NCBI RefSeq assembly: GCF_018350175.1
Contig: NC_058370.1
Coordinates: 44,516,001-44,580,000, forward strand
Direction of reading: 5' to 3'
DNA length: 64,000 bases
Source of the DNA: Felis catus
Lineage: Eukaryota
Shown: positions 1 to 11,747 of the stretch, piece after piece
Layout: each line of letters begins with the position of its first letter
Position numbering within the stretch: position 1 is the first letter of the stretch
Notes under the pieces: generated by a model
Told to the model about the DNA's origin: nothing
The model's database searches: none
The model's input: the letters and a program-made list of their open reading frames with translations, nothing else
Made by a program: the position numbers and the translations under genes

Positions 1-1694
1 GTAAAGCTCTTCTGTGAGTGTATTAACATAACTTGATTTAGTGATGGTGTTGGCATGGAGTTGGGGCACGAAGAGGGAAGGGAAGTGGGTATACTGCACT
101 GTAGGATATAGAAGGACTTTGGTTGTGATATTTCTAATAACAAAATGCAAAGAAATCATACTCACTGGGCATCAACAGGATAGCCATGCTACTGTGAGTG
201 TCTTTAAATCAATTGAGTGCTGAGGGGCTCTCTCTGTTTATTTTTTGAGTAATTGGGTGATGACACTAGACCTGTTCACCAAAGGAGAGATGGTGTGGTC
301 AGGTGAGGATGTCAATATCTTAAGCTTGTCCATGATGGCCCAAGGGTGGGGAGGGCTTCTGTCCAGAGCCACCAATAACCAGCTCTGGGACCTTGAGTAA
401 GTCACTTGCCGTTTGGGATCTTGGCTTCTTCAACTTTAAATGAGAAAAATGTTCTCAAGGTCCAAGATCCACCCTTTACCCCCAAAAGACTCTGAGATCT
501 ATAAAGCTCCCGAGTGACTTCCCCCAAGATATAGCCCCCTTCTGAGAAGGCTGGAGTTTCTGGAAACGTACAGGAATCTTGATATTGCCCAGCTAACAGT
601 CTCCAGGTGGTCATTGGGAGTTTCAGCACTGGGGTATAACTACGCACTCTCAGAGGCTCTATGCCTTTTTGTCATGAGTGAACAGGTGCATCTTCATGGC
701 TCTGGGGTTAGATCAAGCCACATGACCAGCATGAGCAGAACAGAGGCCCACCGCTGCTCTATATAAGGAATAGAACTCCTGTAGAGAAACATAGCCACTG
801 TCCCCCAAATAATATTAATGGCAAAAGGCAAGATGCCAGATGATGCCAGACTTGGTTTGCCAGTGGCCCGGCTCCTCCCTGCACTGCACGCACATCACTT
901 CTGTGCCAGGCTGCAGGCACCAGGATGAGACCTGAGTGGAAAGGGCACTGATGTTTTTTGCTCCTCTGCTGTGTGCTGGCCACCAGGTTTACGGGCCAGT
1001 GGTGCCCCCATTTCATTTTTCAGCTGCGTTGTCCTAGGCCCAGCATTGTCCTGGTGTACCAGTTTCCCCAAAGTTAAAAAAAAAAATCAACCAAGTCATT
1101 TGGAATTTCTTATCTCCTACTAAGATGCTCCCAAGGGAAAGTGGGAGAAAGAGAAATGTAACGTGTGAATACATAATATACACATATAGCCATCCAGTCA
1201 TTTTGCTCCCAAGCCAAGAAGAGAAAGAGGAGGGGCACAGCACTGGCTGGGGTCTACTGCGTGGGGAGAGGTGTGCTGGGGTCCTCTCACATCCTCTCCT
1301 CTGATCTCTCTAGGTGTCCGTCACCTCTCCATTTTATAACTGAGGAAAGCAAGGCCTGGAGAAGTTACTAGTCCAGGGGAACAAATTGCTTATGTCATGT
1401 TTAGACCAATGCATGCATAGATAACTCGGGCTCAATCAAATGAAGAAATATTTACTGAGAGCTCTGTAAATGAGCAGTGCAGAACAGAGACAGGGAGGGA
1501 TAGGTAAGCACAGTCCTCACCTCCTAGGAGTCTGACATCTTGTAAGACATGAACTGGGAAGCAGTACACAGCAATGAATGGTGCAAGCGGCATGTACATT
1601 GGTTTGTCTTATCACCTGGCTGTTCTTCCCATCTTGCTGATGGAAGGTTAAGGCCCTGAGAGGTCAGATGACTTTCTCCCTATGATGTAGATAC

Positions 1695-1830
1695 GACTTC
1701 TTCCATTTCACAGGTGAGGAAACTAAGGCACAAAGAAATTAAGCAACTTGCCCAGGGCACATAGCTCAGGAGTAGGAGAGCTGGAGTCTGATCCCAGGCC
1801 ATAAGACTCCAGAGCGGGGGCTACTGTGTA
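1695..1830 (-). mobile_element. MIR SINE relic
   Basis: ccatttcacaggtgaggaaactaaggcacaaagaaattaagcaacttgcccagggcacatagct matches the MIR core. Confidence 0.75.
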
Positions 1831-3069
1831 GAGGGAGCCCTCTTCCCATGACAGTGACTTGAATGATGAGTTTGGAAGGGACCCCAGGCTTGATTAGTGG
1901 ACACATTGTCTGATCAGGGTTTTCAGTCTGTATTCTAGATATGGCCCCAGAAACAACCTCCTGATTCCTATAAGCTGCCAGAGAAGCCAGGGTTCCTGGA
2001 GAGTGGACATGGGGCCTGTGGCCACACTCTCGGGGTAATGTAGCCAGCCTCAAGACCAGCACCAAGTGGGCTAGGATGCTTGGACAGGCCTCACACCCCT
2101 CCATGTCCAGACCCCTGGTAACTAGGGTCTGTCTTCACTACTCCCTCATCCACACCCCAAGGAGAGGGGCCACTGGGTGAGATTCTGGTCACAGCTCAGG
2201 CCTGAGCCCTGTCCTATCCCTTTGCTCTCATCTGAGCAGCTAGGTTCTGTGAGAGAGTGGGAGCTCAGGGCCGATGGTGTTTGCTGGGCTTAGCCGGCTC
2301 TATCTTTTACCCTCATTTGTCTGAGATTCCGGAAGCCTTTGAATAGCACGCATGATAATTACAGAATTCCCACATATATTGATGAGAAACAGCTACATAA
2401 ATAGCACAGCTTGGTATTTACGATGTGCCAGTTTTCTGTAAATATAGAATTTTGGCAATTACTGCCAAGCAGCTCGTCCACCTTCTGGAGCCAGCACATG
2501 TCTTGTTTCAGCTCTTTCCAGGGGACACTTCACGTCATCTCTGTGGCTAGTCTCGTGGCGTCAACAGGCACAAGCCCATGAAGCAACCAGGCGGTCTGAA
2601 ACCAGTGATCCCCAATCTATTTTGGAGTATGGAGACTCCTTTTTGACAGCCAGCAAGTGCATTGGAGCATTCCTCAAACCTTCCATGCCCAGACGCCTGC
2701 CCACCCTTCCAATAAGTCAGGCTCATTTACTGATCTAGAGCAGTGTCTCCCACACGGTTTTCTTAGGACACTACTGAAGGGAAGGTCATCATAGGTATTA
2801 TGTGGAAAATAAGGATTCTTTGAGTGTTTAAGAAATGCTAAGTTATTGTCTGTTTAATTTCTAAAGGCAGGGTTTCTCACAAGCTCTAGGTATGCCGATT
2901 TGGGTCACGACTTTCCATATGGGAAGTATAGTAGCAGGGATTTCAAAATGGACCAAAGAACTCTCCTTTTCACAAAGTATTTTATAGGAGTTTGCAAAGC
3001 ATCCTACTTTGACTAACTGCTCTCAGGGCTCATTAATTGATCTCAGCTCAGCTCTCAAAGGAATGGAGT

Positions 3070-3520
3070 TGTATCAGCTTTTACTGTATAACAAATGACT
3101 CCACGTTTTAGTAGCTTAAACCAACAGCTGTTTATTCAGCTCATGGTTCTGTTAGTCAGAAATTTGGGCTGAGCTCAGCTGGGTGGTTGTTTTGAACTTG
3201 ACAGACCTTCCTCGTGTGTGTGTGTTGGGGGGGTGGGTGGGTGTGGGTGTATGCACATGCACGCGCATGTGTGTGTAATCAGCTCTCAGCAGCCAGAGAG
3301 CTTGGCCTTGGGCAATTGACGGGCTGTCAGCTGGCACTGTGAAAGCAATTGGGCCACATGGTATTTCAACCTCTATCAGGCTACCCTGGGTTTATTTACA
3401 TGGCAGCTGGACAGGGTTCCAAGAGAGCAATCAGAAGCTGCACTAGGCTCACCACTGGCACAGCGTCACCTCAGCCACATTCTGTTGTTCAAAGCTATTC
3501 ACAAGGTCAGCTCCCATGAA
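3070..3520. mobile_element. MLT1 (ERVL-MaLR) LTR relic with an internal (TG)n/G-rich expansion
   Basis: tgtataacaaatgactccacgttttagtagcttaaaccaacagctgtttattcagctcatggttctg...aatttgggctgagctcagctggg is MLT1-like. Confidence 0.65.
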
Positions 3521-4142
3521 TCCTAAGCCAAGGAGAAATGAGCATGAGAAATGAAGGTTTCCAAATGTCTGGGGTCTTTGGAGAGGCAATTTTCTTGGGA
3601 GAACAGGGCTGGGTTGTTGTTGAAGCTGTGATCACATAACAAAGAAAGAGTTTCAGACCTGGATCGCATGTATATGTGGGGTGCTCGCGGGCGAAGGGCT
3701 GCTGATGAAGATTACACGGGATTAAAACCACTCTCCAGTCCACTCCTCCATGTGCCCACTGGAGGTGAATCTAAACTTCTCTCTCCCAGTACAATATGAT
3801 TCTCAGGCATCAAAGCCCACCAATCAGAAATGACCAGGAATATCCCTGTAGTCACTGGAGTACAAAGTTAGATTCTTTAGCATGCTGCAGCAAGGGAGAG
3901 CATGCCCGGAGGAGCTCTGGGAACATCTCTCGAACGAGGAAGTTAGCCGTGGGCCACGTGACTCCGAAGGATGGAGGAAGATGAGGTGGAGGGATCCCAG
4001 TAGGTGGGATGGTGGTTTTGGGGGGTTTGGGGTTCAGTTTTGTCCATGTGCTGTCAGACACATTGCTTGGAATCTGCTAGTCTGTGTGGAAATGTCAGAA
4101 CTTTCTGTTGGGATCATTGTGATTTGGTTGCTGGTGGCAGGG

Positions 4143-4340
4143 TTTTTTTAAATTTTTTTAAATGTTTATTTAGTTTTGAGAGAGAGAGAGACTGTGAGAG
4201 TTAGGGAGGGACATAGAGAGAGGGACAGAGAGAATCCCAAGCAAACTCTGCACTGACGCAGGGCTCGAACTCATGAACTGAGAGATCATGACCTAAGCCA
4301 AAGTCGGATGCTTAACTGACTGAGCCAGCCAGGCACCTCC
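4143..4340 (-). mobile_element. CAN-SINE (feliform SINEC)
   Basis: poly-T, (GA)n, then gggctcgaactcatgaactgagagatcatgacc...ctgagccagccaggcacc. Confidence 0.9.
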
Positions 4341-5044
4341 GGATTTTTATTTTATCACAGGCCAGGATGGAAGTTGGTCAGTAAGAGACTTTACCAGGCA
4401 CTAGCCTCAGCACTGCATGGCCCCGGACTTCTTCATCATGTTGGAGGCATGGAGTCCTCCAGAGTGAACTCCCAAATTGAGTTGGCTGGTTGTAACCTTG
4501 GCCCTTCCCTGGTACTTCCTGTTAACTAAGGGAAACACTACACAGGTAGCCACTGCTCAGAGGAGCCCTTGCTTTGTTAGCCTCAAAAGCAGCATGGATC
4601 GGAAGAGCAACTCTTGGAATATCCCTGGAGAAGCCATTTGAGTGCCAGTGGTAAAACCAGTAGGTGGCTGCCTGCCCTTACCAAGCTCATAGACTTTCAG
4701 AGAAGTTTGTAGAAAATCATGTGGGAAGCGCTTTGAGAGCACATTAGCACATATGGTACCTTTGGATGACAAAAAGCCAGTGATAAAATGGCACCCCTTC
4801 TTTAGTGAAACAACCTAAACAGGGCATGGTTAACCACAGAGGGGAGGCTGGGAGCTCTCACCCCTCAGCTGAAAGGCTTGTGCAGTGCACAGAGAGCAAA
4901 GCTGTTCTCAGAAGTCTTCATTCTTTGGAAGAAAGTTTTATATTCATCATCTGTAGCAGTCTGAAGAGTGTGACCATGACTCTGATTAGTTCAGTACTTT
5001 ACACGAGGTCATTGCTTGTTCTAACTCATAGCACTTAATAAAGA

Positions 5045-5453
5045 TTTTTTTTTTAATTTAAATTCAAGTTAGTTAACATACAGTTAGTCTTGGCTTCAGG
5101 AGTATAACCCAGTGACTCATGTCTTACATATGACACCCAGTGCCCATCCTGAAAAGTGCCTTCCTTAATGCTCATCACCCATTTAACCCATCCTCCCTCC
5201 CATTGCCTCTCCAGCAACCCTGAATTTGTTCTCTGTATTTAAGAGTCTCTTGGTTTGCCTCCCTCTCTGTTGTTATCTTATTTTTCCTTCCCTTCCCCTA
5301 TGTTCATCTGTTGAGTTTCTCAAGTTCCACATATGAGTGAAAAAGAATGAACTCTTGCCATTTGCAACAGTGTGGATGCAACTAGAGTTTATTATGCCAA
5401 GTGAAATAAGTCAGAGAAAGACAGATATCATATGATTTCACTCATATGTGGAA
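5045..5453 (-). mobile_element. Carnivore L1 3' end with 5' inversion (twin priming)
   Basis: 5045-5342 is the reverse complement of an L1 3'UTR with poly-A. 5341-5453 is the adjacent upstream L1 segment (aaagaatgaactcttgccatttgcaac...tttcactcatatgtggaa) in opposite orientation. Confidence 0.85.
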
Positions 5454-5495
5454 TAAAGAAGATACTTTAGCCTACATCCATCAGTCAACAAATAT

Positions 5496-6133
5496 ATGGT
5501 TGATTCCCATGATTCACAGATTCTGTATTTGCATACTCATATTCACCTACCTGCTAAATTTTGTTTGTAACCCCCAAATCAATATTCACACTCACAGACA
5601 TATGAAGAGACATATGAAGACACGTGACTTCACATGCACGTTCTCAGCTGAGGTCAAACAAGGCAACGCTCTGCCTTCTTGTCTCAGCCGACACTGTCAA
5701 CAAGCATCCCCTTCACAGTGTGCTTAGTGCCAGGCTTTTTGCATTTTTGTGCTTTTTGTTGCCGGTTTTGCTGTTTAAAACTGCCTCCGAGCACAATGCT
5801 GAAGTGCTGTCTAGTGTTCCTAAGCACATATGAAGGCTATGATGTGCCTTACGGAGAAAACACGCATGTTAGATAAGCTTCATTCAGGCATGAGTTACAG
5901 TGCTGTTGTCTGTGAGTCCAATGTTAATGACTTGACAGCAGGTATTAAATGAGGTGATTTTAAACAGAAACATATGTAAAACAAGGTTATGTGTTAATCA
6001 TTTGATGAAAATGGTGTGATGTGGGGCTCACAGGGACCTAACCCTGTATTTTATCTATGAGGAATCATTCAGTATTCATGAATTCATCATTCACAGTGAT
6101 GTTCAAGAACATAACTACTATGAATAAGGACCA
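5496..6133 (+). mobile_element. MER82 (TcMar-Tigger) DNA transposon fossil, near full length
   Basis: cagctgaggtcaaacaaggcaacgctctgccttcttg...gctgaagtgctgtctagtgttcctaagc...gatgtgccttacggagaaaa...ttagataagcttcattcaggcatgagtt matches the recalled MER82 consensus. Confidence 0.8.
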
Positions 6134-6254
6134 CCAGGAATGTGGCCGCTGCCTCTTACACTTGCAGCCAGAGGCCAGTGTGGACCATGCATTTTACTGC
6201 AAGGGGGGCCATCATTTCAGGCCACACCTTGGTGTCAGTTGGAGGGATAGGACT

Positions 6255-6490
6255 GCACAGCATCAGGAGTATGGGCTCCGACATCAAAGAGGCCTGTGTT
6301 GGAACTCCCCCCCACACCCCCACAGGCCAGCGGTGCAACTGTGCATCTGTTATGTGGCCTCCCTAAGATGAGTTTTCTGTCCTCTAAGATAAGAAGAGCA
6401 ATACCTATGTCATGAGGTCACAATGGGGAGATGTCTATGAAGCACTGCATGGTGCTGGAATTCACTAAGTCCTCAGTAGCTGCTAATAGA
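6255..6490 (+). mobile_element. MIR relic
   Basis: aggagtatgggctccgacatcaaagaggcctgtgttggaactcc...agcaatacctatgtcatgagg. Confidence 0.55.
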
Positions 6491-7429
6491 GAGATAACTC
6501 TGGTCTTCCTCAGCAGGAAACAGAGAACAGGAGCAAGGAGCAAAATCAGAAGTGTATCAGACGAAATCATCGTTTTACTTGAAGCATTTGGACACCTGAG
6601 TTCATGTGCGAATACCAAAACACATTCAAGAGCCAAATATGAGAGCATTCGGGATTGTCTGTGTTAATGTTCGTCTCCGTTAATGCAAAATTAGAAATTA
6701 ACAGTATTTTCATTTGCATTGTAAATTTTGAAACTGGGTCTCTGTCTTTAGTTAGTGCACTCCAAATTCTTCATCCCCATAATGATGAGGTAGACTCATA
6801 AAAATTGGACCTTTTGTACAAGGAGGCCATTTCTCCTTCTTTGTTCCTTGCCCTAAATCGTATTTTCGGAGCATTCTTATAGACAGTCCCTGAGAGACAG
6901 GGCTACTCAGGAAATGTGACATATGCTCTGTACAACTGTTTACTATTTTCTGGCTAGATTGGGGACACCTGCATTTTACAGATCATACCAGATTTTCTAG
7001 GTTTCTAATTTCTCATCTGACTCTGCAGCTCTTCACTTTTCTAATTCCTTTTATGTCCTTTCCCTTCTTGCCTGGCATTTTCAAGATTTTTTTTCTTGTT
7101 ACATGTCTACTTTAGGAGCAAGAATTTCATTAACCATGGACAAAAAAAAAATACCAAATTCCCCAACTGTGTCTGTTGAAGAGACTTCTTAAACTATCAC
7201 TGCTCTTACTCCTCAACATGTTCATGCCCTCCTCCAGGCTCAGGAGTTCAATTCACAGTAGAGGATCCAGTTCCAACCTCATTTCCCATCTGTCTTCCCT
7301 ATTAATGTCCCTTCCCAGGCTTGTCTCTTATTTCCCTTTTATACCTCTTTACCCAGTGGCACATTCCCAAGCCTACAGGTATTTTCAAATCACAACAATT
7401 TTTATATCTGTATCTATATCTATATCTCT

Positions 7430-8290
7430 CCATCTGTCAATGGATACAAACCCAAAATATGTAAAAAAAAAAAATCTGTTGTTTATCAATAAGAAAAAGA
7501 TAGGAACCCCACAGAAGGAAAGGCACAAAAGTCTTGAACAAGCACTTTCATAGAAGAGGAAATTCACATGGCCAGTAGAAATATGAAAAGTGGCTCCTTC
7601 CATCATTCATCAAGGAAAGGCAAATTAAAACCATTATACAGTGCCCTCCACATTGACTGGCAAGGTGGAAACAAAAGACTGACAATCTCAAGTGTCAACA
7701 AGGTTGTGGAGCCACTGGAACTCTCATATTCCACTGATGGGAATGTAAACTGATGCAGTCACTTTGTGAAACTATTTGGCAGTGTTAATGAAGCTGAACG
7801 GAAACACGGGGTTGCTCTGTGACTCAGCTATCCCACTCCTGTGTTGTCAACAGAAATGTACAGTATGTGTGTGCCACACATACTTAGAATGTCCGTGGAT
7901 ACACTATTTGTAATAGGCAAATACTGCAAGCTACCCAAATGCCTGTCAGTAATGGAAGAGATCAATAAACTCTGCTATGTTCACATAACAGAACACTTCA
8001 ACGCAGTGGTAATGATCCATGCTGATCTATAACTGCTCACAATAATGCGGCTGAATCTCACAAATTCATTATTGAGCCAGATGCAAGAGTGTGGACTATA
8101 TGATTCCACTTAAAGAACAGAAACAGAAGTCAAGATAATGGTTGGCCTTAGGGGTTAATGACTGCAAGGGGGCTTTTGGGGTGCTAGTTGTGTGGTCTGT
8201 TGTTTCTTGATCGGATTGCTGACTCCATAAGTGTATTCACTGTATAAAAATCTATTGAGCTATTCAATTATATATTTCCATTTCAATAAG
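7430..8290 (+). mobile_element. Old L1 (L1M) ORF2-end/3'UTR relic
   Basis: aaattaaaaccattatacagtgcc...gacaatctcaagtgtcaacaaggttgtggagccactggaactctcatattccactgatgggaatgtaaactgatgcagtcactttg...cccaaatgcctgtcagtaatgg. Confidence 0.8.
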
Positions 8291-10584
8291 AAAGGAAACA
8301 TAAAATCAGAACCCCTGAGTCGCTGGTAAAATGAGGGATGTAGCCACGCCAGAGCTCAGAGACGCTCTCTGCCTGGCCCAGCTCTGGGTAGCCACCTGGA
8401 GTGTGGTGTTCACCGTATACCATATAGTCTGTCTCAAAGTCTCCAAGAGGACAGATGGCCTGTCCAGCATCATTCAGGGAATACATTCAGTGCAGAGCTA
8501 GAACTGGAACCAGAGTCCCCCAGACTCTAGAACTTGCCTTCTAACGGAAGAACCCTTCTGCCCCGAAGAGGACAGCAGGGGACTCTGTCCGTGCTCCTAG
8601 CAAGAGTCCTGCTCTGGCACAACCGGAACAACCCAAAAGCAGCCTGAAGCCTTCCACACAGTTGTCTCTGCTCGAGTGCCCATTTTCAATGCAAACGAAT
8701 TCTGTAATCTGCCTTGAAGACACAAAAGCTGTTACTTTACACAAATATGAAACCAGAAGGTTCTCAGAGGCCGGTAACACCAACTCCTCCACATCATACA
8801 TTCCAAACAGTATGGGAGGGACGAAGCCAGCGCCAAAGTGAGGAGTAAACATCACATGTGTTACGAGTGGGTGGTTAATGTTGCATGAAGACTGGCGAAG
8901 CGGATTTCCTGACATTCTGCTTCTACATCAGTGCTGCGGGAATGGCCTTATTTCCAAAATTATTTTCACAAATGGAAAAGGAAGCTGAGGGGGAAAGAAA
9001 CATCTTCCATCTCCCTTCCTTTTACAGCATGGTCCTAGCTCATTTGTTACAATCACCAGAGATTAATGACAAGCGTTCACAAAAGGAAAATCTATCTGAA
9101 TAACACTGCCACTGCAGATGTATTTGAAATGTATAAACGTTGAAGTAATTTTAAAATTCCAGATGATTTAGTACTGGTATCCTCCCTGTGCCCAGCCCCT
9201 GCTTCTTATGGGAAAATCCCACAAAACCATCCTTGGTGAGAACCTGAGACACTGAAGGCCTGAACTCCAGCTGCTTGAAGAAACACCCACACCTACAGCT
9301 CACATCCTGCTTTTACGGCAGCTTTTTACTCTATTCTTTCTTTATAGTGAACATAACATATTCTGCTTAAACCTTTCAACACAATGCACCTTTTTGGCTA
9401 AATCTATGATGGAAATCTTTTGGACGGAAAAGAACGGCTTGTGTGCAAGATAATCATAGTAATAATGGCGATGATGGCAGTGCACCAGGGACACGTCTCC
9501 AGAAGACGTTGGTGCTGCCCTAATCCTCCTCCACCCCCATACACATTTTGTTCTCTGGGAAATGGGAGTCCTGCTGCACCCAGCTCTCTCCTTCCTTTAT
9601 CTTTCTCGCTTCCTTCCTGCAGTCAAGATAAAACTTTCATGCACAAGCACCACGAAGTGCTTATCCCTAGGTTAGGACACGCCCTGCAGGAAAAGGATTC
9701 AAAGATATGACCCAGAGATGTGGGACCTCCCCCATTCCCCCAGATGGAATCAAAGGCTCAGGATTAGTTTTAGGATGCATGGCCTCATTTCTTAGCTTTT
9801 CTAGGGAGGCTTGCGGGACAGGAGCTGTGTGCAGTCAGTCCTACGTGGGTCCCCATTGCATGGCTGCAATGAAATAGTCAACGTGCATCATGATGCTCCT
9901 AGTACAGACAGGCTACCAGGCCTGCATGAAGGCAGGGGGTTTGGTGGGTGGGGATCAGAGACAGAAGGAGGGGAAAGCTTCTGGTCCTGCCCACCAAGAG
10001 TTTACAGTCTGGCAGGGATCCCAGCCAGTGGAAATTCCAGATAAGAATCCAAGGGATCATATACACAAAGCATCAACCCTACTGTGCGGACCTGCAGCCA
10101 GGCTGGAAGGTGGCATCAGCAGGGAAGGTGAAGGCAGTGCCCCAGGAGACCACTGGAGCTGGGTGCTGAATGTTGAGGTCCGCATGAGAACTGCACTCCA
10201 GTCTGTGCTGAAATCCTAGAGTTTGTGAAGTTGGGATATTGTGCACGTATGTATTTATTAGGTACTGCAAATATGTGAATGAGTCGTCACTGTGTTTGGG
10301 ATCAGGATGAGCTGCTGGGCATCTTTTTGCAAACGATGCCTCCTGCTTTTTCAGGCTTCCTCTTACCGAGAATGTAAATGTCGGTAGGATTCCGGCATCA
10401 GGAATGGTAAACTTGTTGGAACCCAGGACCGGTACTTCCAGGTGAAAACACCCCTGTTTTCTTTTCGAAGCTGCAAACATTTGACTTTTTCTGTTGTTGA
10501 TGTTCCTTGTGACTGCAAGGTGAATGTTAGAGATTGGGTTAAATCTGAGTTTGGGGCTACATTAGGTTCCTAGACTTAATTCCA

Positions 10585-11058
10585 ACAAGTGGGGAGAAAC
10601 CAGGGGATGGGGGCTCCCACACACCATCCAGAAATTCTCAGACACCAGCAGGGTATCCATGAATTCAACTCAATTTGACTCAATTCTGACACTGTCTACC
10701 CAAAGACAGACAGCATCCGAATCCACAGATTAAGGGCTCAGTCCTGCAAGACTGCCCCTCCCCCACTTCAGACACCATGTGCAAGCCCAGGGTGTCTTCT
10801 ATGCTTCCGATTAACCAGTTACACATTGGAGGTTCCAAAGACCCCCCCTCCTTGTGCTGAATTAATGTGCTACAGCAACTCACAGAACTCAGAGAAACAT
10901 CTTACTTACTAGATCACTGGTCTATTCTAAAAGGGTAGAACTTAGGAACAGATAGAAGAGGTGCACGAGGCAAGGTATGGGGAAAAGGAGCAGAGCTTCC
11001 GTGGCCTCTCCAAGGACCCTATTTACTCTCTCCAAATCTCCATGTGTTCACCAAGCCA
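10585..11058. mobile_element. MER21-like ERV LTR
   Basis: caattctgacactgtctacc...attaagggctcagtcctgcaagactgcccc...aactcacagaactcagagaaaca...ctccatgtgttcaccaa. Confidence 0.75.
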
Positions 11059-11355
11059 GTGGCTGGTGCTGGGGATGCAAAGGTGAATAGAAGGGAGGCT
11101 GTGCAATCAGCCTCCCTGCAGGAGCACTGGGGAAAAAGTCCAACCTCCCTGTCCCCCCTCACAGTGGGAAGTCCTCACAGACAATGAGACTATGCATTTT
11201 GTGTTCTAGGAAGAACCAGTCACCATGCTTGGTGGGTATCTGGCAACTGGTAAATGTTGGTTGAATTGATAAATAAACTAGGTTTCTAGTGGCAGTCTAT
11301 TGTGCTGTTCTTTGCAAGAAGAATCTTGAGCATCAAAATCCAGTACTGTCTCAGA

Positions 11356-11514
11356 CACAATTGATGGCTGTGAGTAAGGAGGCTTATCTTCACATACATT
11401 CCAGAATGTTCTCATTGACGTGAATTGTACCCTCTTCAGAATGGTAACCTGGGAGGCCACACATTTTTTCTGCTGACGTTGTTCTTGTCCTGAGTATTTT
11501 TGGAACTCTTTTTT
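11356..11514 (-). mobile_element. MARNA (mariner-like) fossil, 3'-terminal part
   Basis: Minus strand translates KEFQKYSGQEQRQQKKCVASQ, resembling the mariner transposase C-terminus (EEFQKCFEQWQHRWNKCIASQGDYFEGD), followed by terminal sequence. Confidence 0.7.
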
Positions 11515-11604
11515 GTTGGGTGAAGAGTTTGGGAGTTTATGAGTCCCCATAGAAAGTCAAAGTCCAGACGTTACATTCATACTTCATTTGAACCACAAGT
11601 GTGA

Positions 11605-11747
11605 TTACCTGGTCATCCACTTATCACGTATTTTACCTCCAGAGGGTTTTTGGCCAAAATTAATCCACTCTCTAAGGACCTCTTTTGCCGCATTGAAGTC
11701 ATCAGAAAGGACAAGCTGCAGGCTCTGAAAGCAGTTCCAAAGGACAG
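11605..11747 (+). mobile_element. MARNA (mariner-like) fossil, preceding part, opposite orientation
   Basis: ggtcatccacttatcacg...ccaaaattaatccactctctaaggac...ttgccgcattgaagtcatcagaaaggacaagctgcaggctctgaaagcagttccaaag is a degraded HPPYSPDLAP...IEDIQKN..QALKAIPK region. Confidence 0.7.
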
